In this document: positions 52,154-62,492 of the stretch, piece after piece | Numbering within the stretch: position 1 is the first letter of the stretch | How the letters are laid out: the number at the start of each line of letters is the position of its first letter | Assembly (NCBI GenBank): GCA_963677895.2 | Contig: CAXXGJ010000006.1 | Location: forward strand, 160,001-224,000 | DNA length: 64,000 bases | Source of the DNA: Treponemataceae bacterium | GTDB lineage: Bacteria; Spirochaetota; Spirochaetia; Treponematales; Rectinemataceae | Reading direction: 5' to 3' | Program-made: the position numbers and the translations under genes | Notes under the pieces: generated by a model | What the model was told of the DNA's origin: nothing | The model's input: only the letters and a program-made list of their open reading frames with translations | Database searches by the model: none

Positions 52154-53074
52154 CTAGAGCGATTGTGATGAAATGGCGTCGAGGGTTCCGCCGGCAAGGC
52201 AGGGTACCTTCGATCCGAACGCTTTCCAGAGCCCCGCGAGCACCGTGCCGGGGCCGGTTTCGAAGCAGCGCTCGAAGCCGTCGGCGGCGATGGCGCTTTC
52301 CTCGCTGATCCATCGCACGGGGCTTACGATCTGCGCCGAGGCGAATTGCTTGGCCTGGGCGCCCGAAGCGATTTTCGTTCCCGTGACGTTGGAATAAATC
52401 GCGGCTTTGGGATCGTGAAAAACGACATCCTTTAAAATCTCCGCGAAAGCCTCGGACGCTGAAGCCATGATGGGCGAATGGAAGGCGCCCGAGACCTTGA
52501 GGCGCACGACGCGCTTGGCGCCGGCCGCCTTGAGCTTTTCCTCGGCTTGAGCCACGTCGGCCTCCGTTCCCGAAATGACGCATTGGACGGGGCTGTTGTA
52601 ATTGGCCACCCAGACGTTTTTCAGCCCGGCTTCGGCGATCGTCTGCTCGATTTTTTCGGGAGCCAGAAAGAGCACGGCGCTCATGGTCGATCCGCCCGAT
52701 TTCCGTCCGGCCTCGTCCATGAGACGGCCGCGCTCGGCCACGAGCCGGAACATGTCGAAGAATGAGAGTATTCCGGCTTCAGCCAGGGCGGGCCATTCGC
52801 CTACGGAGAATCCGGCGAACCCTGTGGCTACGATGCCGTGTTCGCGGGCGCAGAGGGCGGCGGTCGATCCCGCCAGGGCGAGGGCTATCTGGGTATTCTG
52901 TGTTTGTTTCAGGGCTTCCTCGTCGCTTTCGAAGAGGAGTTTCTTCATATCTATCCTGGAAGCTTCCGATGCCAGTTCGAAGAGCTGGCGGACAGCCTTG
53001 CTCGTTTCGTGGAAATCTTTGGCCATTCCGGGGTATTGGGCGCCTTGTCCGGGAAAAAGAAAGCAGGTTTTCAA
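52154..53074 (-). CDS. fabD: Malonyl-CoA:ACP transacylase
   Basis: FPGQGAQ, GFSVGE, VSGAFHS; TTG start at 53074 with GGAGGA RBS. Confidence 0.92.
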   Translation of the reverse strand: MKTCFLFPGQGAQYPGMAKDFHETSKAVRQLFELASEASRIDMKKLLFESDEEALKQTQNTQIALALAGSTAALCAREHGIVATGFAGFSVGEWPALAEAGILSFFDMFRLVAERGRLMDEAGRKSGGSTMSAVLFLAPEKIEQTIAEAGLKNVWVANYNSPVQCVISGTEADVAQAEEKLKAAGAKRVVRLKVSGAFHSPIMASASEAFAEILKDVVFHDPKAAIYSNVTGTKIASGAQAKQFASAQIVSPVRWISEESAIAADGFERCFETGPGTVLAGLWKAFGSKVPCLAGGTLDAISSQSL

Positions 53075-53230
53075 GGGTTTTCCTCCTGGGGATTTCTCAA
53101 ACTGCCAAGCTAGGCTCATACGCATAGTATAATTTACAAAAACCCGAAAAATGTAAAGAGCCGCCATGGAGGCGAAAAAATGCCGCTTTTCCCGCTGGCG
53201 AGGGCTTTCTCGCGCGGCTATACTCATCCT

Positions 53231-53545
53231 ATGCCTACCGATTCGACAATGATGATCGTGGAATGCATCCAATCCATACCAGCCGGCCGGGTGCTCTCCT
53301 ATGGGGGGATCGCGGAGATGTCGGGCAACCCGCTGGGGGCCTCAGGCGCTCGCCAGGTGGCCAGGATTCTCCATTCCATGTCGCGAAAATACGGCTTGCC
53401 CTGGTGGCGCGTCGTAAAAAAGGACGGTTCCATAGCCTTGGGCGCCGGCGAGGGAAAGGATCTTCAGCGTCAGCTCCTGGAAGCCGAAGGCATCGAATTC
53501 TCGGCGTCGGGAAAAATCGACATGACAAAATTCGGTTTCCGCTGA
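53231..53545 (+). CDS. Alkyltransferase-like (ATL/MGMT family) protein
   Basis: IPAGRVLSYGGIA, ARQV, PWWRV (Trp in place of the catalytic Cys), QRQLLEAEGI. Confidence 0.85.
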   Translation: MPTDSTMMIVECIQSIPAGRVLSYGGIAEMSGNPLGASGARQVARILHSMSRKYGLPWWRVVKKDGSIALGAGEGKDLQRQLLEAEGIEFSASGKIDMTKFGFR

Positions 53546-53565
53546 TTCAAAAGCGGCTCGTCGCC

Positions 53566-54465
53566 TTATCCCAGGAGAAACTGCGATCCGAGGATCCGCA
53601 GGCCTCTCGCGGCCATAAGCTCTGTGAACTCAGGTCTCAGAAAAAGGCCGCGCACGAGCAGGTGTTCGACGCCTTTTTTGTCGTAGTGGACGCGTATCCT
53701 GTCGAGAATGCGAAATTCCAGGCCTAGTTCGCGAAAATCCTTGGTCACGTAGAGGAAGCGCACTATGCCCAAGGACCTTCCCTCTACCTGAACGACGGCG
53801 CCCGCCGCGGCCGCTATCGGACTTCCCCCGGCCTCGGTGATGTAATAGATGAAGCTGTTGGCGCGGCGGGCTTCCATGAAGTCCAGCACTTCGCTTTTTT
53901 CCAGCAAGGCTGCCGCGGCGGGCAGCCAGTCGAGGGAATCGGTTCGGGCTTCCTCGACGAGGGCGGCCATGTCCAGGGGACTTTCTTCCATCGCGCAGTG
54001 TTCTACGGAAAACTCTTCGTCGAGGAGTTCCTCGTATTCCTCCGGTTCCGGCCCGAGGCGGGAAAGGCCCAAGGCCTCCCTCATGTCGTCCATCCAGGAT
54101 TCGATAAAACGCCTGAGGACGGCGTTCTTGTATTCCCTGAACTGCAGATCTTCCTGAGGATATTCGGAGAGCACCTGCCTGAAAGCCTTGAACACCCCTT
54201 TGCCGTGGGACAGCGCCTTGAGGAGAGCCCGTTTGAGTTCGAGATTCTTGAGGCGGCCGCAGAAGTTTTCCATCAAACGGAATCCATCGGCGGGAGTCCA
54301 TGCCGGCGGCGGGGCCAGATTCGCGGGGAGCTCGCCTTCAGGCCTGGTCACGAGTTCGCCCGTGCGCAGGTCGATGAGGCGGGACTTGGTCTGGTCTTCC
54401 ATCGCGAAAATGATGCGTTCCAGGATGGTCTCGGTCAATTCAAAGGTGGGTTCGCCGTTCAGCAT
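53566..54465 (-). CDS. UPF0158-like N-terminal domain fused to a GNAT-like domain
   Basis: DGFRLMENF...GKGVFKAFR; C-terminal FLYVTKDFRELGL. Confidence 0.65.
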   Translation of the reverse strand: MLNGEPTFELTETILERIIFAMEDQTKSRLIDLRTGELVTRPEGELPANLAPPPAWTPADGFRLMENFCGRLKNLELKRALLKALSHGKGVFKAFRQVLSEYPQEDLQFREYKNAVLRRFIESWMDDMREALGLSRLGPEPEEYEELLDEEFSVEHCAMEESPLDMAALVEEARTDSLDWLPAAAALLEKSEVLDFMEARRANSFIYYITEAGGSPIAAAAGAVVQVEGRSLGIVRFLYVTKDFRELGLEFRILDRIRVHYDKKGVEHLLVRGLFLRPEFTELMAARGLRILGSQFLLG

Positions 54466-54549
54466 GCCTCCATTGTACACCATGACGGGCTTTCGTGGTG
54501 TACGGAATTGTGGACAGAGGCGAATCGGCCCTGTATACTGGACAAAACA

Positions 54550-55467
54550 ATGAAAGCGAACCTCCACCTTCACTCAAAATTCTCCGACGGCAGCCTCTGG
54601 CCCGAGGAAATCGCCCTCGGGGCGGCGCGCGAAGGCCTGGAGGCGGCCGCCCTCACCGACCACGACACGATGGGCGGAACCGAGCGCTTCGTGAACGCAT
54701 GCGCCCGCCTGGGCGTTCTGGGCATAACCGCCTGCGAAATCGATGTGTCTGAGCCGGAAATAGAGTATAAAAGCGAAATCCTCGGCTATTTCCCCGGCAA
54801 GGCATCCTCTGAATGTCCCGCGACCTTCTCGATGCTGGCCACCGTCCTGGGGGAAAGGAAGAAGCGGCTTGAGTATTATCTTTATTGGGCGAGGACGATC
54901 TTCAGGCGCGAAGACCTGACGATGGACGATCTTCTCGGCGACAAGCTGGCCGGCATGGACAGGGACAAGCTGGAGGGGCTGGATTCCGTTTCCTGGAGCA
55001 AGGTGGATCTCTTTCTGTATCTCAAGGCGCGCCGGCTCATTCCCGCCTACGCGACGTACAAGGGTTTCAAGAAAGAGTGGTTCGTGCCCGGCAAGTTCCC
55101 CAAGTACAAGCTTTCCAAGCCCGGCGTCAGGGAATGCGTGCGCTCCATCCACGAGGATGGCGGTTTCGCCATAGTTCCTCATTTCGGACATTTCTGGAAC
55201 GACGATATCGATGCCATGGAGCGCCGCCGCGACAAGATTTCGTCGCAGCTGGGTTTTTTCCGGAACTGCGGCGTGGACGGCATCGAGCTGTACTGGTATT
55301 CGGGCCGGAAGAAGACCGACGAGATCAATGAACTGATGAAGGAGATGGCCGGCCCTCTCGGTTTCTTCTTCACCTACGGTTCGGACTGCCATGGACCGGG
55401 CACGGACAAGTATACTATGGACAAATTTTCCGGCGATTTCGCCGGTTTCCCGAAGAGTTCCCGATAA
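54550..55467 (+). CDS. PHP-domain phosphoesterase
   Basis: NLHLHSKFSDG, LTDHDT, GSDCHG; start at 54550. Confidence 0.88.
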   Translation: MKANLHLHSKFSDGSLWPEEIALGAAREGLEAAALTDHDTMGGTERFVNACARLGVLGITACEIDVSEPEIEYKSEILGYFPGKASSECPATFSMLATVLGERKKRLEYYLYWARTIFRREDLTMDDLLGDKLAGMDRDKLEGLDSVSWSKVDLFLYLKARRLIPAYATYKGFKKEWFVPGKFPKYKLSKPGVRECVRSIHEDGGFAIVPHFGHFWNDDIDAMERRRDKISSQLGFFRNCGVDGIELYWYSGRKKTDEINELMKEMAGPLGFFFTYGSDCHGPGTDKYTMDKFSGDFAGFPKSSR

Positions 55468-55486
55468 AAGACGACAGGAGTTTTTC

Positions 55487-56338
55487 ATGGCACATTGCAT
55501 CGTCCCCGCGGCCGAAGACATTCTCGACAAGGAATTCAAGGTGCTGGACAAGGGCTTCGTCAGGCTCGTCGACTATCTCGGCGGCGACGACCGCATCGTC
55601 CAGGCAGCACGGGTTTCCTACGGAAAGGGGACGAAGAGTTACCGCGAGGACGCCGGCCTCATCGATTATCTGCTCCGCCATGAACATACCTCTCCCTTCG
55701 AGCAGGTCGTGCTCACCTTCCACGTGAAGCTGCCCATCTTTGTGGCGCGCCAGTGGATCCGACACAGGACGGCCAGGGTGAACGAGGTGTCGGGCCGCTA
55801 TTCGGTCATGAAAGACGATTTCTATGTCCCGGCCCCCGGCGATCTCGCCTCGCAGAGCGACGACAACAAGCAAGGGCGGTCGGAGGAGCCGATGGCGGCG
55901 GACCAGGCGGCGAGGGTGCGCGAAATTCTGGAACGCGGGCAGAAGGAAGCGTACGGGGACTATTCAGGCCTGGTGGAGGAAGGGCTCGCGCGGGAAATCG
56001 CGCGCATCAACCTGCCCTTGTCGCTGTACACCGAATGGTACTGGCAGATCGATCTGCACAATCTTTTCAGATTCCTCATGCTCAGGCTGGATTCCCACGC
56101 GCAGAAGGAGATCAGGCTCTACGCGCAGGCCATGCTGGAAATGACGCGCGCCGTGGCGCCGAAGGCCACCGAAAGCTTCGAGCGCAACACCTTGAGCGCG
56201 GTCCGCTTTACCGGCGCCGAAATGGAAGAACTGAAACGAAGGCTGACGGCCGATGCGGACGGCGTTTCCATGCCGCTCCTCAAGGGCAAGGATCTCGAAC
56301 GCCTGGAGGAAAAGCTCCGCACGGGGAAGCAGCTCTAG
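55487..56338 (+). CDS. thyX: FAD-dependent thymidylate synthase
   Basis: HTSPFE, RQWIRHR...NEVSGRY, HAQKEIR. Confidence 0.95.
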   Translation: MAHCIVPAAEDILDKEFKVLDKGFVRLVDYLGGDDRIVQAARVSYGKGTKSYREDAGLIDYLLRHEHTSPFEQVVLTFHVKLPIFVARQWIRHRTARVNEVSGRYSVMKDDFYVPAPGDLASQSDDNKQGRSEEPMAADQAARVREILERGQKEAYGDYSGLVEEGLAREIARINLPLSLYTEWYWQIDLHNLFRFLMLRLDSHAQKEIRLYAQAMLEMTRAVAPKATESFERNTLSAVRFTGAEMEELKRRLTADADGVSMPLLKGKDLERLEEKLRTGKQL

Positions 56339-56380
56339 GCCGGGAAGGCTGTCCTGGGGCGGAGACGTCGGTTTTTATTC

Positions 56381-57487
56381 CTATAAACGCACATTTTTAT
56401 CCTCACCCATTCCGTAGAGGCGGGAAACGTCGATCGATTCGCCCTCCGGGGAGAGGAGCCTGCCTTCGAAACGGCCGAAGGGACCCGCGTAGTCGATCTC
56501 GGCGATGCCGAGCTTCACCTGGATATCGTGGGAAACCTCGGGATGGAAAATGAGATCCACCAAGCCTTCCGTGTCCTGGATGTTCCAGGGCGATTCGCGG
56601 CCATAGGGGCGCGTGATCTTGACCGGAGGAAGGGGGTAGATGGCTCTGTCGATCCAGAGGCGGTTTTCGTTGTAGCGGACCTGATCCTTCACCTGGTTGT
56701 CGGTGAGGTTGAAGCCGATCCTGCGTCCCGATTCGTCCATGCCGAAGGCGGTTATCCAATCGTAGTGAAGCCGGTAGGGATAGTAGCCTTTATGGTCGTC
56801 CAGGATGCCGGAGGATTGGCTGGGGTCGAAGGGGTATTCGCGTCCGGCGACCTTGATGGCTCCCGAGCAGGGCATGAGGATCTTCGCCGAATACATGGCG
56901 CGGCCGACGCCGAGGGGAAGGCAGACGAAGTATGGCGCGCAGGCTTCCTTCGTGAGGTCGAAGCTAAGGTCGATGTCGAAACTTTCCTTCAGCGTCTTCC
57001 GGTTGGCGGCCGGGCTTTTTTTAAAACGCGACGCTGGGGGATGGGAAGAGGCGCGGAGGCCCAGAAAATTCATTTCGGGGTCGAGGCGGATGGAGAGGTT
57101 GTCGCCTCCGGCCGTCGCGTGGCTTTCCGTAAACTCGAAATTGTGGGGAAAGGAAAACCGGCTTCCGGGAAAAATGTGGCGAAAGCCGTATTTTTTCTTT
57201 TCTTTTCTGTTCCACAGGTCTATCGATGCCATGGTGAGGAATTTGGCGTCGTAGAGGACGGCGAGGAGGAACCAGTCGTCATTGCCGGCCTCGATGGCCT
57301 GCCACTCCTTGAGCCGGAGCCGCTTCAGGAAACGGGGTATGAGGTAGTGGTAGGGTTTTCGGGCGTTGATGAGGTCGGTGATTCCGGGGAAGCCCTCCCA
57401 GGAGCCGTAGACGATGGAGCCGTCGCGGACGAGGGCGACGGGGGCGACGGGGGCGTTGGGAGGCTTTTGTGGTTGAGGGTCAGACAA
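56381..57487 (-). CDS. DUF2804-family protein
   Basis: RLKEWQ, DDHKGYYPY...YDW, GFNL, ENRLW, GPFGRF.G. Confidence 0.7.
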   Translation of the reverse strand: MSDPQPQKPPNAPVAPVALVRDGSIVYGSWEGFPGITDLINARKPYHYLIPRFLKRLRLKEWQAIEAGNDDWFLLAVLYDAKFLTMASIDLWNRKEKKKYGFRHIFPGSRFSFPHNFEFTESHATAGGDNLSIRLDPEMNFLGLRASSHPPASRFKKSPAANRKTLKESFDIDLSFDLTKEACAPYFVCLPLGVGRAMYSAKILMPCSGAIKVAGREYPFDPSQSSGILDDHKGYYPYRLHYDWITAFGMDESGRRIGFNLTDNQVKDQVRYNENRLWIDRAIYPLPPVKITRPYGRESPWNIQDTEGLVDLIFHPEVSHDIQVKLGIAEIDYAGPFGRFEGRLLSPEGESIDVSRLYGMGEDKNVRL

Positions 57488-58364
57488 GGCCGTTCTCGTA
57501 GAGCTTGTAGAGGGCCTGGGTGCCTAGCTCGCCCATTCCCTCGGCCGAGACTTTCGTGAACAGTTTTTCGGCGAGGTTGAGGAGGGGCAGGTTGAGTTTC
57601 ATCTGCCTGGCCGCGTCAGCGGCGATTCGCAGGTCCTTGAGGAAGTGTTTTACGTAGAAGCCGGGTTTGAAGTCACCGTCGAGCATGCGCGGCACCATGT
57701 TGTTGAGCTGCCAGCTGCCCGCGGAGCCGCTTCCGATGGAGAGGAGGACGGTCCGGGGGTCGAGGCCGGCCGCCTTCGCGTAGGTGATGGATTCGATGGC
57801 GCCCATGAGGCTGGCCGCTATGGATATCTGGTTGGCCATCTTGGTGTGCTGGCCGGCGCCGGGGCCGCCCTGTCGAACGACCGTTTTGCCCATGATGTCG
57901 AAAAGGGGCTTGACGGCGGCGAAGCTGTCTTCGTCGCCGCCTGCCATGATGGTGAGCGTCGCTTTTTTCGCGCCGATGTCGCCGCCCGAGACGGGGGCGT
58001 CGAGGGCGGCGAGGCCCTTGGCCTTGGCCGCGTCGTAAATTCGCACAGCCAGGTCGGGGCGCGAAGTGGTCATGTCGATGAGGATCGCTCCCGGTTTGGC
58101 GTTGGTGATGAGGCCGGAATCGCCGAAATATACTTCTTCCACGTCGGAAGGATAACCGACCATGGTGATGACGACATCGCATGCCTTGGCGAGGGCTGAA
58201 GGCGTCTCCATCCAGACGGCGCCGGCTTCTATGAGGTTTTTAGCCTTCTCGGCGGTTCTCGTATAGACAATCACCTTGCGGCCGGCGGAAAGCAGATGTC
58301 CGGCCATGGCGTTTCCCATGACGCCCAGGCCGATAAAGCCGATTGTTTTCGTTTCAGTAGGCAT
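57480..58364 (-). CDS. Beta-hydroxyacid dehydrogenase (3-hydroxyisobutyrate/tartronate semialdehyde reductase family)
   Basis: GFIGLGVMG, DAPVSGGDIGA, GQHTKMANQ, KDL. Confidence 0.9.
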   Translation of the reverse strand: MPTETKTIGFIGLGVMGNAMAGHLLSAGRKVIVYTRTAEKAKNLIEAGAVWMETPSALAKACDVVITMVGYPSDVEEVYFGDSGLITNAKPGAILIDMTTSRPDLAVRIYDAAKAKGLAALDAPVSGGDIGAKKATLTIMAGGDEDSFAAVKPLFDIMGKTVVRQGGPGAGQHTKMANQISIAASLMGAIESITYAKAAGLDPRTVLLSIGSGSAGSWQLNNMVPRMLDGDFKPGFYVKHFLKDLRIAADAARQMKLNLPLLNLAEKLFTKVSAEGMGELGTQALYKLYENGLV

Positions 58365-58512
58365 TTCATTCCTCCGGGAATTTTTGTGTACCTCTACTGT
58401 AGCCCTGCCCGCGGAAATGCGCAACCTTCGTATTTTTATGAAAAGTATTTTTTCATATTGTTGTGAAATGAAAAATCTTACCATATACTTGGCGCACAGG
58501 GGGCTGGCAAAG

Positions 58513-59751
58513 ATGATGTTGGACTCGGAAAATATTAATATTCGCCTCGAAGGGTACGCGGCGAGGCCTGACCATTATCTGATCGGCATCATGTCGGGGA
58601 CGTCGCTCGACGGCGTCGACGCGGTGCTCACGAAAATTTCCACGTTGGCCGACGGTTCCATCGCGGAAGCCCGGCTCGTCCACCAGGCCTCGATTCCCTA
58701 TTCGAGCGCTCTGAAGTCCTTGCTGCTCGCGCTCTGTTCGCCGGAGACGGCTCGGATCGACGATCTTGTCTATGCCCATTTTGGGCTCTCGGAATGGTAC
58801 GCGGCCGCGGTCCGGAAACTGCTCGACGCGAGCGGTTTTCCCGCCGAAAAAGTGGACGCGCTTTGCCTTCACGGCCAGACCGTCTGGCACGCGCCCGCCT
58901 TCAGACCCTTTCCCGCGCCTGACGGCGGCTTCGTACCCGTAAAAGGCACGCTCCAGATAGGTTCGGGCTCGCTGCTCCGGGAACGCGCTGGCATCCCCGT
59001 GATTTTCGACTTCCGTTCGAGAGACATGGCAGCGGGCGGGGAAGGCGCGCCGCTCGCGCCTTACGTGGACGCCCTCCTCTTCGGGAGCACGAAGCGAGGC
59101 CGGATCATCCAGAATATCGGCGGCATCGGCAACGCGACGGTGATACCGGCCGGGTCGAATCGCGAGGGAATCTTCGCCTTCGACACCGGCCCTGGCAACA
59201 TGATCATCGACGAGCTTATCCGAAGAAAGACCGGCGGCGCGGAACATTACGACGAAGGCGGCCGCCGCGGGCGCGCCGGCAAGGTCGACGCTGCCCTCGT
59301 CGCGGCCCTCATGGCCGATGACTATTATACCAAGGCCCCGCCCAAAAGCACGGGCCGCGAAATGTACAACTCGGCCTTCGTCGACCGCCTCATTGACGAG
59401 GCGCGAAGGCGAAGCCTCTCTTTCGAGGATATCGTCGCCACGGCCACGGCCTTCACGGCCGAGAGCATCGCCCGATCCTACCGCGATTTCATCTATGCGA
59501 GGACGAAGATCGACGACGTCGTCGTCGGCGGAGGCGGGGCGCTCAACGGCTTCCTCATGGACCTGCTGCGCGCTCGTCTGCCCGCCGGCGTCACCCTCAT
59601 GTCGACCGCGGATCTGGGCATCCCGGAGCAGGCGAGGGAGGCCATCGCTTTCGCCGTGCTCGGCCACGAGGCGCTCATGGGCAGGGCGGGCAACCTCCCG
59701 GCCGTGACGGGCGCGGCCCGGGATGTTATACTGGGCAACATCACGTTGTGA
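58513..59751 (+). CDS. anmK: Anhydro-N-acetylmuramic acid kinase
   Basis: GIMSGTSLDGVD, HGQT, D.AAGGEGAPL.P, NIGGI.N, FDTGPGN, PPKSTGRE. Confidence 0.95.
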   Translation: MMLDSENINIRLEGYAARPDHYLIGIMSGTSLDGVDAVLTKISTLADGSIAEARLVHQASIPYSSALKSLLLALCSPETARIDDLVYAHFGLSEWYAAAVRKLLDASGFPAEKVDALCLHGQTVWHAPAFRPFPAPDGGFVPVKGTLQIGSGSLLRERAGIPVIFDFRSRDMAAGGEGAPLAPYVDALLFGSTKRGRIIQNIGGIGNATVIPAGSNREGIFAFDTGPGNMIIDELIRRKTGGAEHYDEGGRRGRAGKVDAALVAALMADDYYTKAPPKSTGREMYNSAFVDRLIDEARRRSLSFEDIVATATAFTAESIARSYRDFIYARTKIDDVVVGGGGALNGFLMDLLRARLPAGVTLMSTADLGIPEQAREAIAFAVLGHEALMGRAGNLPAVTGAARDVILGNITL

Positions 59752-59822
59752 TAAGGCATGAACGCGAAGCGTTCACGCCGGACGCGGCTCCAGGCCGCGC
59801 CTACCAGCCAGACGGAGGAATC

Positions 59823-60323
59823 ATGCCGAATTCGATAGTGCAGTTCATCACCAGCAAGGGCGACATCAAGATGGAAGTGCTGGAAGACAAAACGCCGATA
59901 ACCGCGGCCAATTTTCTGAATTATGTGAAGTCGGGCTTCTACGACGGGACTATTTTCCACAGGGTAATTCCCGGTTTCGTCGCCCAGGGCGGCGGTTTCG
60001 TGCCCGGAATGGATCAGAAGAACACGAAGGACCCGATCGTGAACGAAGCGGCGAAAGGGCCTTCCAATTCCCGCGGAACCCTATCCATGGCCCGAACCTC
60101 CGATCCCAACAGCGCGACGAGCCAGTTCTTCATCAATTTCGTGGATAACAAAAGCCTTGATTATCGCGGCCCCGGACCCGGCGCCGGCTACTGCGTATTC
60201 GCCAAGGTGACCGAAGGCATGGATGTCGTGGACGCCATGGCCCAGGTTCCCACCGGCAGGCGCCCGCCTCACGCCGACGTTCCCAAGGAAGACATCGTTC
60301 TCATCGCCGCTAAAGTCCTGTAA
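59823..60323 (+). CDS. Cyclophilin-type peptidyl-prolyl isomerase
   Basis: FHRVIPGFVAQGGG, MART..PNSATSQFFIN. Confidence 0.93.
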   Translation: MPNSIVQFITSKGDIKMEVLEDKTPITAANFLNYVKSGFYDGTIFHRVIPGFVAQGGGFVPGMDQKNTKDPIVNEAAKGPSNSRGTLSMARTSDPNSATSQFFINFVDNKSLDYRGPGPGAGYCVFAKVTEGMDVVDAMAQVPTGRRPPHADVPKEDIVLIAAKVL

Positions 60324-60415
60324 ATAAGCCGACGACGCCCCGGTAGGGCTTCCGCCGCCGTCCGGGGCTTTCGCGATCCTCACCGCGTTTGAGACAAATT
60401 TATCCGATGTTCCTA

Positions 60416-60470
60416 TTGACAAGAACAGCTCGGGCTGGCTATCATAGCCATGTTACTATTAATAGTAACA
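60416..60470 (+). promoter_or_regulatory. Sigma-70 promoter with a downstream perfect 20-bp operator palindrome
   Basis: TTGACA 60416-60421, TATCAT 60440-60445; TGTTACTATTAATAGTAACA 60451-60470. Confidence 0.7.
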
Positions 60471-60517
60471 CAAACACAAAACCAAGCCTCCCAAGGCCGG
60501 TACACATCGAGGTATCA

Positions 60518-61501
60518 ATGTCGCGCAAAGCAATCGCCTCTTTCGCAGTCCTCGGCATCGTCATGCTCATCGTTTCCTGCGGATCCAGCGGCAAGAAAAC
60601 GGTGGGAATCGCCAAATTCGTGGCTCACCCGAGCCTTGACGCGGTCGAGCAGGGCATCATCGACGAAATCAAGGCGGCCAAGCCCGATGTCGAGCTGGAC
60701 CAGCAGAACTCCAATGCCGACATGGCCACGGCGGGACAGATCGCCCAGCGCTTCAAGGAGCGCAAGGTGGCCGTCGCGGTCGGCATCGCGACGCCTACCG
60801 CGCAGGCTTTGGTCAATCAGATAAAGGACAGGCCTGTCGTCTATTCGGTGGTCACCGACCCCGTTTCGGCGGGCTTGGTTGAAAGCATGGACAAGGGCGG
60901 GGCGAATGTCACCGGGACCTCGGACATGACGCCGGTGCGCCAGCAGCTCGATATGCTCCTGTCGATGGCGCCGGTAAAAAGGCTCGGCCATCTCTATGCC
61001 TCGGGCGAGGCCAACTCCGTGGCGATCGCCGCGATCGTAAAGGCCTATTGCGAGGAAAAGGGCATCGAATACGTCGAAGCCACGGTCACGAATTCCTCCG
61101 AAGTCAAATCCGCCCTCCTCTCCATCGCGGAACGGATCGACGGCTTGTACCTCGGCAACGACAACACGGTCTTCTCGGCGTTGAGCGCCGTCTCCGAAGT
61201 CACGCTCGCCAGGAAGATTCCCCTCATGTCAGCCGATCCCGTTTCGGCCGAGACAATTCCAGTGCTCGCCGCTCTGGGGTATGATTATTACCAAATGGGA
61301 AGAGAGACCGGAAAGATCGTCGTCCGGATCCTGAACGGTGAAAAAACCAAGGATATTCCCGGTTACCTGCCGACCGATCCCGAAGCCCTCGTCCTCGTTC
61401 TCAACCTGGACGTGGCCGCCAGCTTCGGCATAAAGCTGGATCCCGCCCTCATCGAGAGGGCCAAGGTCCTGATTTCCGGCGGTACGGTAACAAAGAAGTA
61501 A
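60518..61501 (+). CDS. ABC transporter substrate-binding lipoprotein (aromatic amino acid-binding-like family)
   Basis: Lipobox IVSC; HPSLD, IATPTAQA, VTDPV.AGLV, NVTGTSD, DNTV. Confidence 0.85.
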   Translation: MSRKAIASFAVLGIVMLIVSCGSSGKKTVGIAKFVAHPSLDAVEQGIIDEIKAAKPDVELDQQNSNADMATAGQIAQRFKERKVAVAVGIATPTAQALVNQIKDRPVVYSVVTDPVSAGLVESMDKGGANVTGTSDMTPVRQQLDMLLSMAPVKRLGHLYASGEANSVAIAAIVKAYCEEKGIEYVEATVTNSSEVKSALLSIAERIDGLYLGNDNTVFSALSAVSEVTLARKIPLMSADPVSAETIPVLAALGYDYYQMGRETGKIVVRILNGEKTKDIPGYLPTDPEALVLVLNLDVAASFGIKLDPALIERAKVLISGGTVTKK

Positions 61502-61508
61502 AGGAACC

Positions 61509-62492
61509 ATGCTAGAAGGAATTTTGGTCGAGGGTCTGGTCTACGGGATCATGGCCCTCGGCGTTTTCATCAGCTTCAGGATTCTGGATTTTGCCGATCT
61601 CACGGTGGAAGGATCTTTTCCCGCCGGCGCGGCCGCGGCCGCGGCCATAGTGACAGCGGCCGCGAGAAACGGCCTCGGAACGGGTTCGGCCGGAACTTCC
61701 GCGGCCTTGGGCGCCTCCGGGGCCTGGCTCGCGTCCCTCGCGCCCTTCGCCGCCATCCTGGCCGGTTTCGCGGCCGGCGGTCTCGCGGGGCTGGCCACTT
61801 CGCTGATACATCATAAGCTAAAGGTACCCCCGCTTCTCGCGGGCATCGTCACCATGACGGGATTCTATTCCATAAACCTGCGCGTCCTGGGCGGAAAGCC
61901 CAACCTGCCCCTCATAAGGAACAATCCGCTCCTGAATGGCGCGAGAACCTGGCTGGGTCCGGATGTTCCGCGGGATCTCGCCCTCCTCCTCGCGGCGCTT
62001 CTGGCGGCCCTCGCCATCGCCGCCCTCCTGGATCTTTTCTTCCATACGGAAACCGGAATCGCGCTGGGAGCCCTCGGCGACAACGAAGCCTCCGTGATAC
62101 AGGCAGGCGTCAATCCTTCGTCGCTCAGAACCTTGGGCATCGTGCTGGCCAACGGCCTCGCGGGGCTTTCTGGAGCATTGGCGGCCTCCTACCAGGGCTT
62201 CGCCGACGTCAACTTCGGCGCCGGCGTGGTGGCGGCGGGCCTCGCATCGGTGATGCTTGGCGAACTCATCCTGCGCTCGCAGTACATCGGGGTGCAGATT
62301 TTCCGCGTCCTCGTCGGCTCGATCCTCTTCAGGGCGCTGATGTATGCCGCCCGTTCCTGGGGGTATTTCGTGGGCATCACGCCGAACGACCTCCGCCTCC
62401 TCAACGCCCTCCTCATCGTGGGCGCGGTGGCCCTGTCCAAGTACACCGCGAAGCGCCCCCGAGCGGTTTCCGCCGGCGGAGGCCGCCCATGA
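61509..62492 (+). CDS. ABC transporter permease
   Basis: FRILDFADLTVEGSF, LLAGI, GFADV..G.G. Confidence 0.88.
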   Translation: MLEGILVEGLVYGIMALGVFISFRILDFADLTVEGSFPAGAAAAAAIVTAAARNGLGTGSAGTSAALGASGAWLASLAPFAAILAGFAAGGLAGLATSLIHHKLKVPPLLAGIVTMTGFYSINLRVLGGKPNLPLIRNNPLLNGARTWLGPDVPRDLALLLAALLAALAIAALLDLFFHTETGIALGALGDNEASVIQAGVNPSSLRTLGIVLANGLAGLSGALAASYQGFADVNFGAGVVAAGLASVMLGELILRSQYIGVQIFRVLVGSILFRALMYAARSWGYFVGITPNDLRLLNALLIVGAVALSKYTAKRPRAVSAGGGRP

